A DNA stretch of 64,000 bases from Eledone cirrhosa (Eukaryota). The notes below the pieces were generated by a model. That model ran no database searches, was not told the DNA's origin, and saw only the letters and a list, made by a program, of their open reading frames with translations. The position numbers were made by a program, and so were the translations under genes. The stretch spans positions 121,582,001 to 121,646,000 of the forward strand of contig OZ024743.1 of NCBI GenBank assembly GCA_964016885.1, written 5' to 3'. This document shows positions 39,390 to 58,479 of this stretch, one piece after another (position 1 is the stretch's first letter; each line of letters starts with the position of its first letter).

Positions 39390-39477
39390 CCCCCACCTAC
39401 CCCCCACTCTCCTGAGCGTGAAATTAATAAACATTTATTGTACTGCCTCTCTGTTTTGTCCCTGTTCAAATTTTTCC

Positions 39478-39509
<32 letters not shown>

Positions 39510-39511
<2 letters not shown>

Positions 39512-40327
39512 GTATAATAAACAATACAATATAATTACCTCATTACCAGAGGTTTCCCGAATAAGACGAATACGAAAAACGCCCTCGTTTGTTCATCGGA
39601 CAAGGCAATTTAAAACATAGTGAAATATTTGAAAAATCTCCTCAAGAAAGGCAAGAGTTTAACAGGCAAAAAAAAACAAAGCAAGAGATATATTTAAAAA
39701 ATAAGGAAATATAGTTAGGGTATGTGTATAAATGTGTTTATATCCACTCATAAATGTACATATGTGTGTATGTACAAATACATCTGTATAGTGAAAATGT
39801 GTGTATGCGTAAGTGCGTATATGAGGGCAAGCATAATAGTGTATGTGTGACCAATACGTATATAATATAAGTTGAAAAATAATGCACATCCAGATTTAGG
39901 TATTAAATATATACACATACAAGTATGAAAGCACGCGTATAAACACACACGCGCGATCATTTATATGCGGAAGATAAAAAGGGAATGGAGTGTATTGGTC
40001 AAAAAGAGTGTCATATTCGATACATATGAAAATGAAACAATATATGAGAAAGAAACAAATTTTGTTTAAATAAAAGAGAAAGTAAGAGGGAGGGATTATC
40101 AATTATAAATTTACACTAGAGAAAAAGAAGACAAACATAGGTTCGCACGTACGCACACATACATATAAATATATATATATATGAATACGTACAGGCAAAA
40201 GCCCATGCATACGTACATACATACACACGAAGCACACATATATATACATATATCGGCACACGTATATCTAAGCACACGTACGTACGCGACTATATATATA
40301 CACATATGCATGCACACACATACATAC

Positions 40328-40379
<52 letters not shown>

Positions 40380-41470
40380 GTACTTATACACATACGTTCA
40401 CCCACATACAAACACTCGTATAAAATATAGATATAAAAACATACATGCTCACACATATAGACACACACACGCACAGACACAGAGGCGCATGCACACTCAC
40501 ACGCATAGATACAAATTATAAACCAGCCATATGAAAAAAAGAAATACAAATATAAAAGCGGCTGCGAAACAACAGGATATATCTGGAGTTGAAAACGCAA
40601 GTGACAAGTGATATCAGGTAGTGAAAGAAAATGAGGAAGTAAAGTGTGGAATTTGAAGATATTAGGTAAGTGAATCAAAAGGTAGGGAGGGGGTTCAATT
40701 GTGGATGTGAAATGAAAATAAAAATAAAAATGAAAGTAAATCAGAAAGAGAAGTCTGTAAAGAGGATAATTTAAGGAAAGTGAAGAACAAGAGTTTATGG
40801 AGGATAAGTATGTGAAAGTGAGTTAAGTTTATATGAGCTGGAAAGCGAGTGTGATTTCATGTGTGGGCAACTGGTGAAAATTTCTGTTTTTGTATTTAGG
40901 CAGGTTTTTGGTGATTTAAGGTTCTGTAAAATCGAATATTTTTCACTTATGCAGAGTGTGCATCTTCTTGTTCCTCTTGCATATTCTTTAGATTGGTTCA
41001 AAATTGACCAATCCAATTTATATTGAATATCTTGGTCTTTCAAATCCCATATTCTGCTAGCCAGAGCTGTTGTAAATCTTTTTTCTGGATGTCGGAAAGA
41101 TGCGACATGTGAGTAATAACGCGTTTTGAATGTGTCTTGTGTCATACCCACATATCGTTCGCTGGTGGCTGGTAGGTTGTCACTTTAGCCGCATATACAA
41201 TGGCTTTGGTGTTGTATTTACCTTTTAATGGGCTGGATGGTTGTCACTTTAGCCGCATATACAATGGCTTTGGTGTTGCATTTACCTTGTAATGGGCATT
41301 CACTTTTGACTCTACAGGAGCAATTTTGATGTTCTCTGGGTGATTTCTTATTGATGATATAAGATTTAATAGGGGAACCGCAGGAGTAGCTAATTTTGAC
41401 ACAGTTTCTATTGAAGATCTTATAGTATCTATGTGGATATAAAGTAGTGGCCGTACTCGAGAACGAGTTG
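39510..41470 (-). mobile_element. 5'-truncated decayed Penelope-like element, Naiad-type GIY-YIG end plus long 3' region with decayed hammerhead (39538-39605)
   Basis: [37 protein letters not shown]...YVGMT..TFKTRYYSH, CTLCISEK..I...LNTKTEIFTSCPH. Downstream: CCTTGT-CCGATGA...GAAA-CCTCTGG-TA-ATGAGG, then (TA)n. Confidence 0.8.
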
Positions 41471-41523
41471 GCAGCCACCATATATATATGTATATATGTA
41501 TGTATATATATGTATATATGTAA

Positions 41524-41611
<88 letters not shown>

Positions 41612-41630
41612 CTATATATATGTATGTATA

Positions 41631-41782
<152 letters not shown>

Positions 41783-42129
41783 TGTATATAACTCGTTTTC
41801 GAGTATGGCCACTACTTTATATCCATGTAGGAGAACCCCTACCGATGTGCTGAACAAGTGTGACTTTTTAGTCCAGCCAGCGACTTGAAGACTCTGGTAC
41901 AAACACTACACTTGTGACAATTGTTGACACATAGTGCTGGGCCCATGGTACCATGTGAGGACAAGTGCAGAGAGATCTCCAGATATAAAGCAATGCCTGT
42001 GCCGTGAAGCTTTTATAGTGAGCAAAGGCACTGCACAAAGCCAGTCCCACTCTCTTAACCAAGATGATATTTACCAAAAAGAAGAACAAGTCAACATCAT
42101 TGGATACCATCAGGGTTGCAGGTGTTATA

Positions 42130-42390
42130 TCAGAGTTTTCCTTCTCCTAGAATTCTGCCTTGACAAAGGCTAAGGGGTCATCTCTCCCGGTGATTTTGGA
42201 TGGCCATTGACTCTTAAGAGCTCCTTTGCCCTTTGACAGGTTTTGTTTTTAGTCCTGCAGGATGTCCAAAGTCAACCTCCTCACCAAGAAACCTTGGTGG
42301 GGTTGCCAGTTTAGTCGCCAACGACCCGACCATGGGACAAGTTGTACTGGGATACATGTTACCAGTAGCACCAACTGGTGACCTGACACA
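42130..42390 (-). mobile_element. Probable 5' leader of an RTE-type LINE, abutting a (TA)n array
   Basis: Homologous to 6300-6622; the element body probably continues leftward to ~41830. Confidence 0.45.
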
Positions 42391-46006
<3,616 letters not shown>

Positions 46007-46174
46007 GTTCGTATATTTGTAAACAAACATTTAAATTCAACTTATATACAACTTACATCGTGTTTCTATATCTCTATGATTCCGGTTTCTTCCATTCATT
46101 AATTTAATTTTAAAAAATTTATTTTTATATTTATGAACTGCTATTGCTCACGCTGTCTCTATCTCTCTCCTTCC

Positions 46175-46205
<31 letters not shown>

Positions 46206-46496
46206 AGATCAACGAGCTCTCTCTCTCCCTCTCTATCTCTCTCTATCTCCTCTCTCTCCCTCTGACCTTCCCCCCACTCTTCTCGCTATCTCTCTCGCTC
46301 CCCTCTTCTGTCTCTCTCCCCCTTTTCTTTTCTTTTCTTCTTTTCTTTTCTCTTCTTTTCTTTTCTTCTGTTTCTCTTTCTTTTTCTCGCTGGAGTTATA
46401 TTTATCTCACTGGAGTTATATCTCTATCTCCCTCCCTCCCTCTGTCCCTCTCTAACCTCTACCCTACACTTCCCACTGTCTCCCCTCCACAGCGAA

Positions 46497-47396
46497 ATGG
46501 ACTGCATGCAGGAAAAAGGTGAAATTAGGAGTCAACGAAACTGGTCAAAGATGGAACTAGCGGTTTTGATCAAGGGGTGGACCATGGCTGATGGGTCTCC
46601 ACCGAGCAACAAAAAGATGGCGGAGAACCTGAAGAGCCATGGGTTTCTGAGGACCCTGGCACAGATAGAGAGAAAGAGAAAAGAAATTGAGAAGGCGTAT
46701 GTCCTCATAGCGCCACATATGGCGATGCTAAGCCGTGTCCTCAGGGAGGAGAAAACCGAAGGGAGGGATGAGGAGAAGGAGAGGGAAAAGGAAGAGGAAA
46801 AAGAAAAAGAGGAGAGCACAAGCACGGACCTGAAAGAAAATGATATACCCTCCGCCACAGGCAGGGAGGGCAGGCCGGGCAACCAACAAGCTAAGAGCAA
46901 AGGTGAAAAGCGAAATCACCTTCCGAAGGAGAACCAAGCGCAGAGGGACCAGTGGACAACTGTTCAAAGGAAGAACAGAAAGCACCGAGACACTGGGAGC
47001 AAAAAACCCCAAGTAATGTGCAAGTGTTTTAAGAACGGGACATGCTGGCATGGAGAGACAGGGATGGGATGCAGATTCGCCCACCCTAGGTCTCAAACGA
47101 ACTATGCCCATCATACTCGCGCAACATACCCCAGCCAAAGCCGAAATAAGCCGCTCCAAAAGTATGCTGATGTCGCGCGTGCCGCACCAACAAGGAGAAG
47201 GCACGCACATGCCGACGAGATACAGATGGCAGCAGCAGATCAGAAAAATTTTTTAGTGATGGCAGAGAAGATTGTGGGACAGCTGACCTGGCTGCATCGT
47301 CTCCAGAGCCAGGGTCATCCACACCAGCACTCGAGACCACCGCAGTTAAGGGACCCAGAGTGGCCGCCGCTGACACCAGACCAGGTGTCATACTGA
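46497..47396 (+). CDS. LINE ORF1 (299 aa): Myb/SANT-like N-terminus, acidic linker, CCCH-type zinc finger
   Basis: NWSKMELAVLIKGW...KKMAENLKSHGFLRTLAQIERKRKEIEKAY (trihelix-like) and CKCFKNGTCWHGETGMGCRFAHP. Confidence 0.75.
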   Translation: MDCMQEKGEIRSQRNWSKMELAVLIKGWTMADGSPPSNKKMAENLKSHGFLRTLAQIERKRKEIEKAYVLIAPHMAMLSRVLREEKTEGRDEEKEREKEEEKEKEESTSTDLKENDIPSATGREGRPGNQQAKSKGEKRNHLPKENQAQRDQWTTVQRKNRKHRDTGSKKPQVMCKCFKNGTCWHGETGMGCRFAHPRSQTNYAHHTRATYPSQSRNKPLQKYADVARAAPTRRRHAHADEIQMAAADQKNFLVMAEKIVGQLTWLHRLQSQGHPHQHSRPPQLRDPEWPPLTPDQVSY

Positions 47397-50340
47397 CAGC
47401 CATTACTGGCACCCCAAAAGTCACACCAGTGCTGCTGCTGAATGTCAGGGGCCTGGTGAAACTCAGTAACATGAGTAAAATTTCCTACCTGGGAGACTTA
47501 GCCATAAGCAATCAAGCACTATGCATGGCACTAACCGAAACGCACCTGACAAGCAGTATAGCAGATGCAGAAATGCATATACCGAAATATACTGTATTTC
47601 GTTCGGACAGGAAGGAGAGAACTCATGGTGGGGTTGCTCTGTATATCCGTGAAGATGTCACACCAATTGTACTGTTGACACATTCAAACTCAGTCTGTGA
47701 CACACTGATAATACATATGAAGCAACTACAGACAGTAATATGTGTCACATATCGGCCGCCCGATGCCCCCAGTCATGAGGGTAAATTTGAGGATAGCCTA
47801 AGTAGGATGGAAGAGGTCCTTGACAAACTGGACCAGGGTCTCAACATCCTACTGCTGGGAGACTTCAACCTACCAGAGGTCAAATGGCCTGAGGGCCACC
47901 TCCTCCCTGGAATGACGTCAATAGAACAGAGACAGACTGAATCCCTGCTGGCCCTCACACACAGGCTGTTCATGGAGCAAGCAATACTCCTCCCAACAAG
48001 AGGCGAAAATGTCCTGGACCTCTGTTTTACAAACAACGAAGTGCTCATCCACAATGTAAAGGTGACACCAACAATTCTCTCGGATCATAACTTAGTAGAG
48101 CTAATGATATGTGGTCCAAGAGAACCAACTGAGACAAAACCACCAAGAAGCTCCGGGACGCTATCCAACCTTAACTTCTACAAGGCTAACTGGAAAAAGA
48201 TTAAGAGTGAAATCCGGAAGCAAACATGGAGTGAAAACACCGCCACACAAGACACTAACACACAATTTCAACACTTCATGACAACGATACACACCATATG
48301 CAAAAAGTGTGTCCCGGAGAAAGAGGCAAACAGACACAAAATTCTTATTCCCAGAGATAGGAAAATCCTTATGAGACGTAGAACTAAACTCTCAAACCAG
48401 TTGAATAGTCAACAAAACAAAAACAAGAAGGAATCCTATTTGAAACGTGCACTACTTGACACCGAGATTGCACTCAAACTTTCACATGAGAATGAGAGGG
48501 CAAAGAAAGAGAACAGGGCCATAGAAAACATTAAAACAAACCCTAAGGCCTTCTTTAAATTTGCAAAAGAAACTGCCTCAGTATACTGCAAGATTGGGCC
48601 ACTCTTCCACACGTACGGTTCATTAACCGAAAATCCCCAAGAGATATGTGAAATACTGAACGAACAGTACAAAAGTGTCTTCACATGTCCACTGAGGCAC
48701 ATGCAAATAACGAAGCCAGAGGAGTTCTTTGATGCCACAACACTACATCAAGAAATGGCAACCATCAACCACATAGACATAACGGAGGAGGATGTGGTGT
48801 ACGCCATTGATGAAATTAGAACAGACTCGGCTGCTGGACCTGATGGATTCCCAGCAGTTCTCTTAAAAATATGTAAGCGGGCCTTAGCAACTCCACTGAA
48901 GATGCTCTTCAGAAGCTCCTTGGCTAGCGGTGTACTACCCAGGGAGCTGAAAGAAGGCACAATATGCCCTATCCATAAAGGATGTAGTAGAGCGGAGGCC
49001 AAGAACTATAGGCCAGTCTCCCTGACGTCGCATATCAGTAAGGTCATGGAGCGAGTCGTCAGAAAGAAACTAATCACTTTCCTCGAAGAAAATGACCGCC
49101 TGACTAGCACGCAACATGGCTTCCGCCCAGGAAGAAGCTGCCTTACACAGCTGCTACATCACTACGAATGGGTACTGAGACAACTACTAGACAGCTCACA
49201 TGTGGACGTGATATATCTTGACTTTGCGAAGACCTTTGACAAGGTCGACCACGGAATGATATGTCACAAACTACACGGACTCGGCATAACTGGAAAAGTA
49301 GGTGAGTGGCTGCATAGCTTCCTAAGGGACAGAAGCCAGGCAGTCGCAGCAAATGGGGCCCTCTCGAGGGAAACACCGATAACAAGTGGGGTGCCCCAGG
49401 GGACAGTCCTGGGACCACTACTGTTTTTGGTGGCTCTCTCGGACATGCCCTCTGTGGTGCATGCAACGACATCCCTCACTAGCTATGCTGATGACACTAA
49501 GGTAGCACAGGCAATCAAAAACCCGGCTGACGCTGCCCTTTTACAGCAGGATCTGGATGCCATATACAGATGGGCGGAAGAAAACAACATGCAGTTTAAT
49601 GCTGGCAAATTCCAAGCCCTACAATACAAACCTGCAAACACAAATATAGTGGAACACAGCTACACAGGACCAGGTGGGACCGATATCCCCGTGTCAAAAT
49701 CGATACGAGACCTGGGCATAGACATGAGCGATGATGCATCTTTTTCTTCACACATCATGAAAGTGGCGACAACGTGCAGACGACTCGCTGGCTGGATCTT
49801 GAGGACTTTCCGGACAAGAGATCGAGACACCATGTTGACACTGTGGAGGACTTTTGTCCTAAGCCGCCTGGACTACTGCTCCCAGTTGTGGTCACCCCAT
49901 AGTGTCAAACTAACCACGGAGCTTGAGGCAATCCAGCGAAGCTACACCAAGAGGATTGCCAAGATGAGGGGGACAAGCTACTGGGAGAGGCTAAAGGAAC
50001 TGAACCTCTACTCCTTGGAGCGAAGACGGGAGAGTTACGCAGTGATCTACATGTGGAAAATCCTGGAGGGACTAGCACCAAATTTGGCATTGGGAGCTGG
50101 ACCAACCGTCGAACAGGACGTCACTCTGTGGTGCCAAAGGTCCCGTCTTCCACATCTAGAATAAGGAGCAGGTATTGCAATAGCCTGGGATTCAAGGGCC
50201 CTCAACTCTTCAACAGGCTGCCGAGGCATCTGAGAGACTTGCATGACGTGGAGGTGGATGTCTTTAAGAAACATCTCAACACCTTGTTATCCAGGATCCC
50301 GGATGAGCCCACAGCAAGACACGAGGGAAACCTAAGGGCA

Positions 50341-50343
<3 letters not shown>
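47171..50343 (+). CDS. LINE ORF2: APE endonuclease + reverse transcriptase (CR1/L2 group); one frameshift near 50085
   Basis: LLNVRGL, ALTETHL, HGGVALY, YRPP, GDFNLP, LDLCFTN, SDHN; [70 protein letters not shown]. The tail continues in the 50053 frame to PDEP...RAA. Confidence 0.92.
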
Positions 50344-52302
<1,959 letters not shown>

Positions 52303-52354
52303 AAAAATAAAGTGCAAGTCAACAGGTTATAATTCTCTTCGTTTATTCATAATT

Positions 52355-52413
52355 GCTGATATACATATTTCAGTGATAACAGTTATGCAACAGTTATGAC
52401 CTCACCAGACAGC
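52355..52413 (-). ncRNA. Decayed hammerhead motif
   Basis: Minus strand GCTGT-CTGGTGA-GGTCATAAC...GTTATCACT-GAAA-TATGTA-TA-TCAGC, then AATAAA and (TA)n. Confidence 0.55.
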
Positions 52414-52702
52414 TAGAAGTTGAAGAGAAATGCATAAAGAAGAAATAAGGCTTATTTCTGTTGTTTCGATTCATTGATATGCTCCGGGCTGGTATTTGGT
52501 GTTGGTCTCTCAAAGCCCCGGTAATATATGACTAAGAATAAACAACCTCACAGCATCAGTAATAGGGGTGTATAAAGGCATCTATTGATCAGATTTAGCT
52601 TCAAGTCTGTTGATACCTTATTTTGTTAGGAATGGCAGTAGGCCTCAGTCAGTGACCATGACACTAGTTGTGGCACTAGTGATAATATAATGATAATAAT
52701 AA

Positions 52703-52885
52703 GTGTTTCTACTTTTGGCACAAGGCCAGCAATTACCCCAGTGCATTACTGGTACTTTATTTTATCGACCCCGTAAAGATGAAAGAGAAAGTCAACTTCG
52801 GCGGGTTTGAACTCAGAACGTGAAGGGCCATAACTCTATGTCGCAAAGCATGGTGTTTGACGCTCTACCAATGCTGCCAACCCAC
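52703..52885 (-). mobile_element. SINE family A
   Basis: Reverse-complement match. Further partial copies at ~54227-54295 and ~60870-60948. Confidence 0.8.
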
Positions 52886-54164
52886 CTAAAAGATTCTATT
52901 AAAGTTATAGTTAAAAATGTTGTACGTATCACTTTGAGATGTAGTAGAATGAAATGAAAAATTACAAATATATATATATATACGTCCTTTAGAAGGATGA
53001 AAATAACATTTGCATGCTAATCTATATTAAGAATGGCTCTGGGAATTTACTTATCAAAGTTAATGTTGACATATATGAACGAAATAAAGGTAAAATAATA
53101 ATGAGGTTGAAGAAAGTTGCGCCAATGTCGTCAGCCTCACTATTTCATCCCAGCACGATCCTTATCCAGGGGCAAGACGCCCTTTATCAGTATATTGCAA
53201 GTGTTCCACAACTCCTTTTTGCAAATGCCTTTGAGCTCGTTGACCACTGAGTTTTTGCTGCGGATGCCTTTGATCCCATTGAATCCCTGGGTTTCCTACG
53301 CACTTTACACCAAACACATGCAGAACCCAAAGGTTCATCCACGCCCTCTGTCAAGTACAGACTTTATTTCGAGAAGAGGCTACACCTTCTTCGTAACAGG
53401 GAACTGGTACAGGTAGTACAGCTTACTGCAATAGCTGAGAGCAAACAAGTTTAAATTTTAAATTCTTTTATGATTTTAACTTAACTCTAATCTGTATTAA
53501 TCTTATGATTTAACTATTCCTGTACCGAATTATTCATCTGTCTTCCGTTTTCTGTTTAACAATTTAGTTTTTACAATTTTTATAATGTTATTATTTTTAT
53601 CATTTTGGTGTTTTTCACTCGGTCTCTATACCTTATTTCCGGCTTACATTTTCGTGATCCTTTTCATTACTTATTCATTTTCGTATTTCGTTATTTTATC
53701 AATATATAATTCATAACTGTCAATTCTAGAACTCTGCTCTAATCTTCCATTTGTAAATCAACATCATTTCATATCCACTATAATATCCTATAAATATATA
53801 TATCCCCAGATACATTCGTAAATAGAAATTGCTTAATCAAAGCAAGTGAATATATTTATATATATTTCATTTAGCCATAGTAAATGAACATTTAAACTTT
53901 ACTTCGGTATTCAGTACTTTTTCTCACGACCGCCAATAACACACACACACACTCACACACACATACACACATACACATACACACACACAAACATAAACAC
54001 ACACTTACACATACACATACACACACATACACTTACACATACACACACACATATATATATATATATATATTTATTTATTTAGATATTTATTTAGATATAA
54101 ATATATTTACATATATATATATTTATATTATATATTTATATATATATTTATATATGTGTTTATT

Positions 54165-54231
<67 letters not shown>

Positions 54232-54818
54232 GTTTCTACTTTAGGCACAAGGCCAGTAATTACCCAGTGTATTACTGGTACTTTATTTTTATCAGTAATA
54301 CACTATATATATAATGTGTGTGTGTGTGTTTGAGTTTACACAATGTTAACGTATATATTTAAAAGAGTAAGAAGTAGTTAGTAATGAAAATGTAACGACA
54401 ATTGAAATGACAGTCCAGTTAGTCCGTCTTTTTTCTGTTCACGTTAAACCAGTAGACAGAAATACTATTTATGACTGTTCAGTGTATTTAATTCTAATAA
54501 ATTTAGAGACACAATTCCGTTTCAAAATTCTAGATGTCTTGGGTAACATAACACAGCATCGAACCCGAATACGGCTGAGACGTCAATAATATATCTAATT
54601 GAACTAACTACGAAGAATGCCTCATACAAATCGGTATACCTGATAAGCATAGCCCTTAGTAATAAATGGTCGCTGGTGAAACCGCAACTACGATTGGAAC
54701 TATATTCTAGCCTAATCTGCTTTTTATGATTACAGTCAAATGATACAACCAAAAACAGCCGTTCAATGTATTTAATTAGTTTTAATTACATCAAAACAAC
54801 ATGGTTAATGCTTTAGTA

Positions 54819-54890
<72 letters not shown>

Positions 54891-54945
54891 AAGTGAGAGA
54901 GTTTATGTAAACACAACTAAGCGATATCTGTATTTATATTCACAG

Positions 54946-55002
54946 GCGAAAGACTATCTATTATTAAAAGATGAAAATCGAATTTTTGTCTTCATAGACC
55001 CT
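54946..55002 (+). CDS. Exon 5 of iGluR-like gene
   Basis: TTCACAG| AKDYLLLKDENRIFVFIDP |GTAAGT; 57 nt, phase 0/0. Gives FLNQA across the junction, like the ATD 'il.qA..lg' segment. Confidence 0.75.
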
Positions 55003-56245
55003 GTAAGTGATTTTTTCTGTTTGTTTGTTTGGCTTTTCGTCGTTTGAATTTTCATAAAAGTCACTACACTTATTAATTAATATTTCGTTTTAAGTTAAAT
55101 GTTATTTACTAATTTTTAAATTAAATTTCTGATAGCATTTTTCTTTCTATATTAGTATCATACCATCTCTCTATTTTGTGTATGTATTTTATGACTGAAG
55201 CTTTTTAAGCAAGCAAAATTACCTGAATCTTAAATTTTCAATATTCAACACTCTGTTGAATGTTTATGTAATAGATTTAAAATTTACCTAACATGTAAAA
55301 AAAAGTACTTAGTTTTCAGATATCGATACTTTCGTTTGTTCAGTCTCTCAGCAACTTAACACATTCTTGAGTTAAGCGCTGACCTTGAACTGTTGGTTTC
55401 TAAAATGATCAACTACCCTGAAATTGAACTGATATTCACTTTCTAGACGTATATACAACTCAATATGTCTCGGTTGATATGATTAACTTTAGTAACTATT
55501 TTGCAGTTGTTTATTACCAAGAGAAATTTGGAGGTTCCAGCTAATAAGACAATGGTGATGAATACGAAATGAAATTAGATGAGAATAGAAATTTAGTCTT
55601 GCACCACTAGGCAAATAACGAGAATGTAATTTAATTAAATTGTCAGACTGTCATTGTTTCACATATTTTTCCCGGAGTTATTGTGCATCCTTCGACAAGA
55701 CATTCAACTTTTACTGGGTTCGTCTTATTTAACAGGAAATAATTCCAATAAGTGGAAAATTAATATTATATAATTAACAAGTGTTCGCATCATGGTATGA
55801 ACATTCAGGAAAGAAAAAGGTTACTTTAGTACTCAGGCAGTCTTTCAATTAGATTGTATGATGAAAATGTACATAATGCCATGATATATTCATCATTCAT
55901 TTATATAAATATCGTACTAGTCTATGAGATATACCACGGACATAGCCATAACACGTAACATTTTCAAGGGAAAGAGAACGGAAAGTTGTATCATTCATGA
56001 CTTTCCAAGCGCATGTAAGTAAATAATACATTCTATTACATTTCTGCAAGGTCACAGATGAATGAGAAAATGTGATCTTCAAGCATTTTCAATGAATATC
56101 AATAACGTAAACTGATATGACTCCAATAACGTATATAAAGAGAAATTCGTCCATGAACAAAATATTAAAGTTCTATAAAACCGTAATTAATATTGCATTT
56201 ATTCCTTTATAAGTTATCTTTTCTGTTATTATTTTGTTTATTTAG

Positions 56246-56479
56246 ACGTCTTCTTTTGAACCTCTGTCAGGAAATAATTACTTCAAAATGAAATTGTATG
56301 CAGTAAAATGTAAGTTATACACTTTTCGGTACATCAAAATGAACAGCTTTGAAATGTTCCCCGATAAAGCCGTGGCACAGGATGTGGCGGAAGTTACTAG
56401 ACGAGCTCTACTTAGTTATGCACCCCATCACAAATCAGGAAAATTTGATACAGCTGAATTTATGCAAAAGCTAAAATCG
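56246..56479 (+). CDS. Exon 6 of iGluR-like gene
   Basis: TTTATTTAG| TSSFEPLSG...AVAQDVAEVTRRAL...FMQKLKS |GTAAGT; phase 0/0. Confidence 0.85.
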
Positions 56480-57129
56480 GTAAGTAAAGCTGACTAAAAT
56501 AGTATTTATTCAATGTATATAAACGTAAATTCAAAAAATAACATTATAAAGAATAAATTTTAGAAAAGATATTTCTCTTCTATCGGAAACTTACATCATC
56601 CCTTAGTAATTCAGCATCGAATATTTTTTATTTATTGCTTTAGTTAATCTTATCTAGTCATATAACATAACTGATTTAGAATCTTGATTCCTATGTTTAA
56701 TTCATATAAACTTTACCCTTAAATCAACTCACGGAGATCTAACTCTTATAAATCTATGGTTTTCTTTCAATGTCTAAACTTAACAGTACGCCCACTCTCT
56801 CGGTAAAAGTATATCCTATTATTGTTGTTTTGATAACGTACAGCAAAACTATTTGTCCACCCTACCTATGTTTTCTAATCTTAGATAACAGGATACTTGA
56901 TGTGTGTGGAATTTGTAAAAGGGCGAAATATTTTATGGTGACTCTTTAGTTTTAGTATTTATTTACTCTTTTACAGTCCAGTCTCGATAAAATATATACC
57001 CTATCGAATTACGATTTCGTTTCGACTAGAATTCCAGCATTACCTTCCTTTACGACCATTCATAAACAAATCTTACGTCCATCTACTTAAAACTAACGGG
57101 TTGGAAGTGGTATTAGCACTGGCAGGTGT

Positions 57130-57665
57130 AGAATGAGTTGCGGACGACATGGTAGTATTTAACTCGACAGAAACCTGGGCAATGCACTCTACATGTGAAT
57201 GGATTTCCACTGAAGCAAGTGGAGAAGTTCAACTTTCTCGGCGTCGTATTCTCCGGAATTGGAAGGCAGGAAGCTAAATTAAGTGCAAGAATTGCAGGAG
57301 CTGGTGCAGTAATTAGCCAGCTTTAGCATTCGGCAATAATAAGAAGGGAGTTGGGGTAAAAGCCAAATCCGCTATCTTCAATTTGGTATTTAAGCCAATC
57401 CTAACCTTTGATCATGAATCTTGGGTAATGACCGAAAGTATACAGAGTGTGTACCTCGGAGACTAGAGAATTGCTCCAGATAAAACCGCTTCGCCTCCGA
57501 AGGGATCACTGGACATATTTTACGGGCAAAACCAACCGGCAGGAGACCCTGGCGTAAACCTCAAGAAAGATGGTTGGATAACATCTATGAACTTGGTTAG
57601 TCTCACTTGGGGATTCAGCTGGATCAGTTGGAAACGGTTTCTTCTGACAGAATTCGCTGGAAAGA
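57130..57665 (+). mobile_element. Decayed RTE-clade LINE 3' fragment
   Basis: VNGFPLKQVEKFNFLGVVF...LSARIAGAGAVISQL...AKSAIFNLVFKPILTFDHESWVMTE. Confidence 0.75.
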
Positions 57666-57700
57666 TTTTTTGAGGCCTCAGCCCCCCCCCCCCCCCCCCC

Positions 57701-57751
<51 letters not shown>

Positions 57752-58479
57752 ATTATACGTCCGCACGAAGCTAAGAAGAAATGTGTGTGTATATGTGAGT
57801 AAAAGAGTGTGTGCATGTAAGTGCGAAGCTATGAGCAAAAGTATGTTAATATAAGGGTGTGTATGTCTGTATATACAGAGCAGTGAACCGACTCAATAAC
57901 TGGCGATGTCTTACTTCACTATTCGGATTTAACTAAAGCTTGGCATCAGGCGAATACAGAGAAATATTTATTTTGTCAGAACAGGCAAACTATATAAATG
58001 AGACATGTTTATCATCTTAACTGAGTGTAATAAAATAAACAACATTCTAAATATTATCACCATGCTTCGATTCTCCGCAAATTTGCAAACTATGGGCTCG
58101 CGCGAAGCTTAGTGGTTAGAGATTTGGATTCGCAATCGTCAGGTTGCGAGTTCAATTCTCGGATTGGGTAATGTGTTGTACCCTTGAGCAAGACATTTTA
58201 TTTCACGTTGCTTTAGTGTAACCAAAGAATCCTCGGTGGGCATTGGGTTGAACATAACTTGAAAATTAATGATGTATTTAGAAGTCAGCTTATAATCTGT
58301 CATAAGTGTCATAATACGATTTTGAAGACTGATATTGCGAATGAGAGATTTTATCCATGTGATGCATTATATATATATATATATAGTGGAACTAAATATG
58401 CAGGTATCGGAGATCTATGTTTGATTTTCATATACGTTTTATACAATTTATGATGCGCTGGATGTTGTTGGGTACAGCT

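Noticed and set aside
53100-53450. FANAFELVDH, reminiscent of the RT motif DF.KAFD.V.H
   Set aside because: Single weak motif with no supporting neighbouring RT motifs.
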